In this document: positions 60,168-64,000 of the stretch, piece by piece
How the letters are laid out: the number at the start of each line of letters is the position of its first letter
How positions within the stretch are numbered: position 1 is the first letter of the stretch
From: Octopus sinensis
Lineage: Eukaryota
Direction: 5' to 3'
Assembly (NCBI RefSeq): GCF_006345805.1
Contig: NW_021825821.1
Location: forward strand, 124,001-188,000
Length of the DNA stretch: 64,000 nucleotides
The notes under the pieces: generated by a model
Seen by the model: only the letters and a program-made list of their open reading frames with translations
Told to the model about the DNA's origin: nothing
Database searches by the model: none
Translations under genes and position numbers: made by a program

Positions 60168-61589
60168 CAGGGGTCGGCAAAAGCAGGCTCGCGAGCCTTT
60201 GAAGGCTCTTTCACTCTTACGGTAGGCTCTTTCAATTTTTAACTATTTTTTTAATAAATGATTTCAATTTTTAACTATTTTTTTGTTTTGTTAATAACAA
60301 AAAATCTTTGCACGTTTAACATTAATTTTTTGTGGTACATCGATATATGCCTAGCAATAAAAAGATTATTTAAAAAATCGATAATGCGCGACATTTTAAT
60401 CAAAATGGACTGAAACTTTTGCATTCACGTCTAATTCAGACCAACTACCGAAATGTCTCATTTACCAGGAAACTTTGAATCAAAATAAAAAGTCAAATTT
60501 AGAGAGACCTATTCCACCTTAACACAAAACACTCAAATTTTGCAAAAAATATCCAATTGGTGATTCCGAAAGAAAGCTGTAGAAGAACTTGCAAATAATA
60601 ATCAGATTGAGAATTCCGCTTTTAAATATTGGTATCACAATGCCAGGACTGCAAACTTAATTCAAAATTGCAAAGGAGTGGAAATATTGCATTTTTCATG
60701 TATGAGGAAGTGATATTATTTGAAAAAATTAATTCTGTTTGAAGAGAATATAGAACAAAATATTTTACATTTTCCTAAATTACGCCAATATTTGGAAGAA
60801 AATTATCGAATTATAAATAAAACTTATTTTAAAAATGCTCTTTTGTATGTGAAGGAATCTTTCAATGACAGGTTAAAAATGAATGTTTAAATATAAAAAG
60901 ATTTAAGGATTTTAGAAACGAAAAGGCAACACTATCGTTCGTTATAAACCCTCTATGTGCTAAAGTCAGCACTTAAAATTTATTGCCATTTTAAATTAAG
61001 GCAGCTAAGTTCGAAATGGAGCTATTGGACTTGACATGTAAGGAATTATGGGCATCAAAATTTATTCGCCTTTCAGAATTACTTGAAACCTTGGAACAGA
61101 AACATTGTCTAGTAAAATTAAAAATGATATTAATGTTATACAAAAGAAACTTGAAGATGAGATTCTCGAAACTTGGAATTCTCTTACAGATTCTTATTAT
61201 GAATTAAAAAAATTTGCATACGGAATTTTGACAATATTCTGGTCTACTTATATGTATGAACAAAGTTTTTCTCATATGAATTATATAAAATCGAAATTAA
61301 GGAACAAAATTACAGATTCGAATTTGGAATCTAACCTCAGATTAAAATTAACGACTTACGACCCAGACATTAACCAACTCTTCAAAGAAATGAGGAATCA
61401 CATTTCTCATTAATGCGTCTAATTAATTTAATTTTTTAAAATGAATTCTTAATTATTTTTTAAATTAATGTCTATTTAATTTTATGAATTTAAATTTTTG
61501 ACAAATGGTAAAAGGTGGCTCTTCAATTTTTCGAAATTTCCAAAAATGTTCAAAATTGGCTCTTCTCCAAAAGTATTTGCCGACCCCTG
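60168..61589 (+). mobile_element. Complete non-autonomous hAT (1422 bp) with perfect 8-bp TSD CCATAGCG, inserted in an R4-like fragment
   Basis: TIRs CAGGGGTCGGCAAA and TTTGCCGACCCCTG; TSD at 60160-60167 and 61590-61597; dimerization remnant STYMYEQSFSHMNYIKSKLRN; rejoined flanks read DRLYLNRKTLG..SISHSELILSQFL. Confidence 0.95.
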
Positions 61590-61644
61590 CCATAGCGAAT
61601 TAATACTCTCCCAATTTCTTGAAAGTTTGGAAAAACAGTCGACT

Positions 61645-62400
61645 GAAGGCACGACAGTGTTCTTACAATCATATATTCGATTCATATACATGTGGAGCTT
61701 CGACAGACACTCAATTTTATGGTGTCGCCGTAAACTGGAATGGTCCAACCACACGATTTGTGATTGGTCTTACTCTCTGCGAGAGGTTTTTGCTGAATAT
61801 TTAGCTAATCGTCCGAATACACTAATTAGTATTAGTGTATTATTAGATTGTATAGGTGAAATTGGACAAGTTTTCCAAGTTGATGAGAGCATGTTTCTAA
61901 ACGAAAAAACAGTGCAGGATGGATTTTTCCTCAACAATAGGTGTTTGGGGGAATTTGTCGGGACAGTAAAGACTGTTTCTTAGAGATGGTTTCTGATCGG
62001 TCAGATGGTTTCTGATCGGTAACAGTAGCAATATACCGAAATATTGCACCGGGATCCGTGATACACACTGATAAATGGAAGGGTAATTGTAATTAATATA
62101 TTCTTCGAAATAGGTTATTCAACGCCCGATTTTAATGCTCCTGGCAATGTGTACCTCAAAGTCAATTACACACGAAATTTTGTAGACCCGAGGACAGGTG
62201 CACGTACGCAAACTATTGAGAGGTTCACATAAAAATTAAATGGAAAAATGGCGCAATAAAAGACAAAGAGGTACGTCACTTGTGGTGTCATATTAAACAG
62301 AGTATAAAAAAGTGAAAAAGACATTGTGCAAATTTGAGATGCGTCGGCAGCATCAACCAACTTTTTAAAAACAAAATAAGGAAATAGACTACGAGTACAA
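61645..62400 (+). mobile_element. Merlin/ISXO2 transposase remnant with micro-introns
   Basis: EGTTV..WSNHTICDW..; QVDESMF; DKWKG/YS..VNYTRNFVDPRTGARTQTIER across intron 62083-62113. Confidence 0.82.
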
Positions 62401-62499
62401 AATGACGTGCGAATAGCTTTGTCGAAGATAGAGCCCGACATAAGTAAAATTATTCTGCACAAAAAAGATCAGAAATCTCACAGAATTACTGTTAAATTG

Positions 62500-64000
62500 T
62501 GTTTATTTATTTAACAAGATCAGAAAAGATCAGAAATCTCACCCTAAATTGGAAGGGAATGCGGTACGAAGAAAACCGACAGACCTCTTAGGGTTGCACC
62601 ACAAGTCAAGTTAATATTGTATGATTTTCTTAAGGCAGCAAGGTTTTTCATTCCAGGAGGAGATGACTTATTGTGTGTCGCCCGTCAAGGCAGACCGGAC
62701 AGGTCGGATCGACATCCCTGTCCAGTTTGTTTTGATAGTCGAGGAGTAAAGGATGGGGTCCACAGCGGAATCTTGCAAGTTCGACCCGATCTCTACGGCT
62801 GAGATCTTTTCCAGCTGCGTTTTCTTTTATGTTCGATGGTTTTTTGTTAGTGAATTCGTTTAGAATAAGACGGTAGTGAAGTCCTAGCGTATTTTTGATG
62901 TTCCTGTCAAGGGCTGGTATTGTCGTGAGATTGCGACTTGGGTGGTTTTTGATTATACTCACTGAGGTGAAAAATTGGGTTCCATAAATGTCGAAATAGT
63001 CTGCAAGTTTGATTGTGATTTTGCTGGTGAGAGAGATAGCCCGCTTAGAGTAATCCAGTTATACAGAGTATCAATTAATGGATTACATGCCGTTATTGAA
63101 TCTCTGTTTGATTATGTGACCGTAATATCATCTGCGTATAAGAACAGAGATATATTTTCTGGTGGTGTAAAAATGTCACTTAGGTAAGTATTGAAAAATG
63201 TGAAGGATATAACAGATTCCAGGGGTACTCCATTGGGATGGATGAAGTATTTGAGCGTTTTTTGTTGAGTTGCATATAACTTGTTTCCACTTATTATTAT
63301 TATTATTATTTAAAGACCAATACGGGCAAGCCAGTTAATTATAGTTAATCCCGTGATCGCCGATCCAACGAGGGAGATCCTTCTGAAAGTTCAATCCTTC
63401 CCGCAAGATCGCCTGAGACGACGGTGTCCAGGGTCTGAGAAGCTAAGAGTCCTTCTTCGGAGGCATTAAGTGCCTCCTGAGCGTTGCCATATCCGAAGGA
63501 TATTTCCAACTGACATGGTGGACCCCGTAACGCCACGCTAAGCCCGAAGGTAAGAGATCCCCATTTCCAACTGTGTCGTGCCAGAAGTACTCGTTGCCTC
63601 ACGGGCAGGGGAACGATAACGAGAATTAGCCCCAGGTTGAAAACTGTCCTCCTTCGGAATCGAACTCACGACCATCCAAATCCATTATCCATAGCTTAGT
63701 CTTCAGCCAAGGGGGCCTGAAGTAGTTAGATAGCCATCATTTTTAGTTATTATCAATATTTGTGTTGATGATTTTGTTTATTAATGGGAGTCGAAGAATG
63801 AAGTCAAAAGCTTTGCTTAGATCCAGGATAATTATGATTTTCCAAAGGGGAAGATTTTTTCATTAATCCGTTTGATATTATTTGTGCCATGTTTGTAAGT
63901 AGGGTTGTCTTTGAATGCTATGGTCTGAAGTCATGTTGCGTTTTGCTAATTGTAAGTTTATGGGATATTCTGTTTAGGATTAGATATTGAGTTGTTGCAT
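62500..64000 (-). mobile_element. I-clade LINE RT and 3' end, degraded, interrupted by a SINE; runs off the window end
   Basis: DLSKAFD, PNGVP, YADD, RRDRVELARFRCG..CPVC..TISHLL. Confidence 0.8.
63291..63717 (-). mobile_element. tRNA-derived SINE, about 427 bp, with (TAA)n tail
   Basis: Head GGCCCCCTTGGCTGAAG (box A)...GTGAGTTCGATTCC (box B) with a broken acceptor stem; GC-rich body; (TAA)6-7 tail; removing it restores TTC-AGT-GGA in the host LINE RT. Confidence 0.82.

Noticed and set aside
63440-63570. HDV-like ribozyme in the SINE body
   Set aside because: A P4-like hairpin and a GGCAA linker are present, but I could not form P1, P1.1 or a 7-nt L3.
63646-63717. Functional tRNA gene
   Set aside because: The acceptor stem has two mismatches, there is no clean anticodon arm or T-run terminator, and it continues into a SINE body with a (TAA)n tail.
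1-64000. Microsporidian, ciliate or prokaryotic origin; CRISPR arrays
   Set aside because: Intron-rich complex I and III genes exclude microsporidia and prokaryotes; TAA acts as a stop codon; no regularly spaced repeat-spacer array was seen.

Overview
AT-rich eukaryotic nuclear DNA, most likely from an animal parasite with a reduced genome. Host genes use the standard code and carry GT-AG introns of almost only 23-31 nt, which best fits a dicyemid mesozoan (inference). About eight compact host genes can be spliced by eye: PHF12-like, a bHLH, NAGA, NDUFA13, PTPA, HSD17B10-like, UQCR11/QCR10-like and TMUB-like, plus a truncated LRR gene. They sit in a dense, nested field of mostly decayed mobile elements. 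Retroelements: RTE, I-clade and Jockey-like LINEs, CRE-like fragments, R4/Dong-like RLE elements (one with an intact 933-aa ORF) and a tRNA-derived SINE. DNA transposons: Tc1, pogo/Tigger, hAT, MULE and Merlin/ISXO2. There is also an intact 5S rRNA gene, two degenerate 18S rDNA fragments, a bacterial-type RtcB relic and a telomere-like tract. The most notable signals are an intact HSD17B10 that has lost its catalytic and NAD-binding motifs, the prokaryote-type RtcB pseudogene, Merlin transposases carrying host-sized micro-introns, a 61-bp Merlin micro-element, and an RTE inserted at the NDUFA13 start codon. Boundaries of decayed fragments are approximate; TIR, TSD and intron coordinates were counted by hand.
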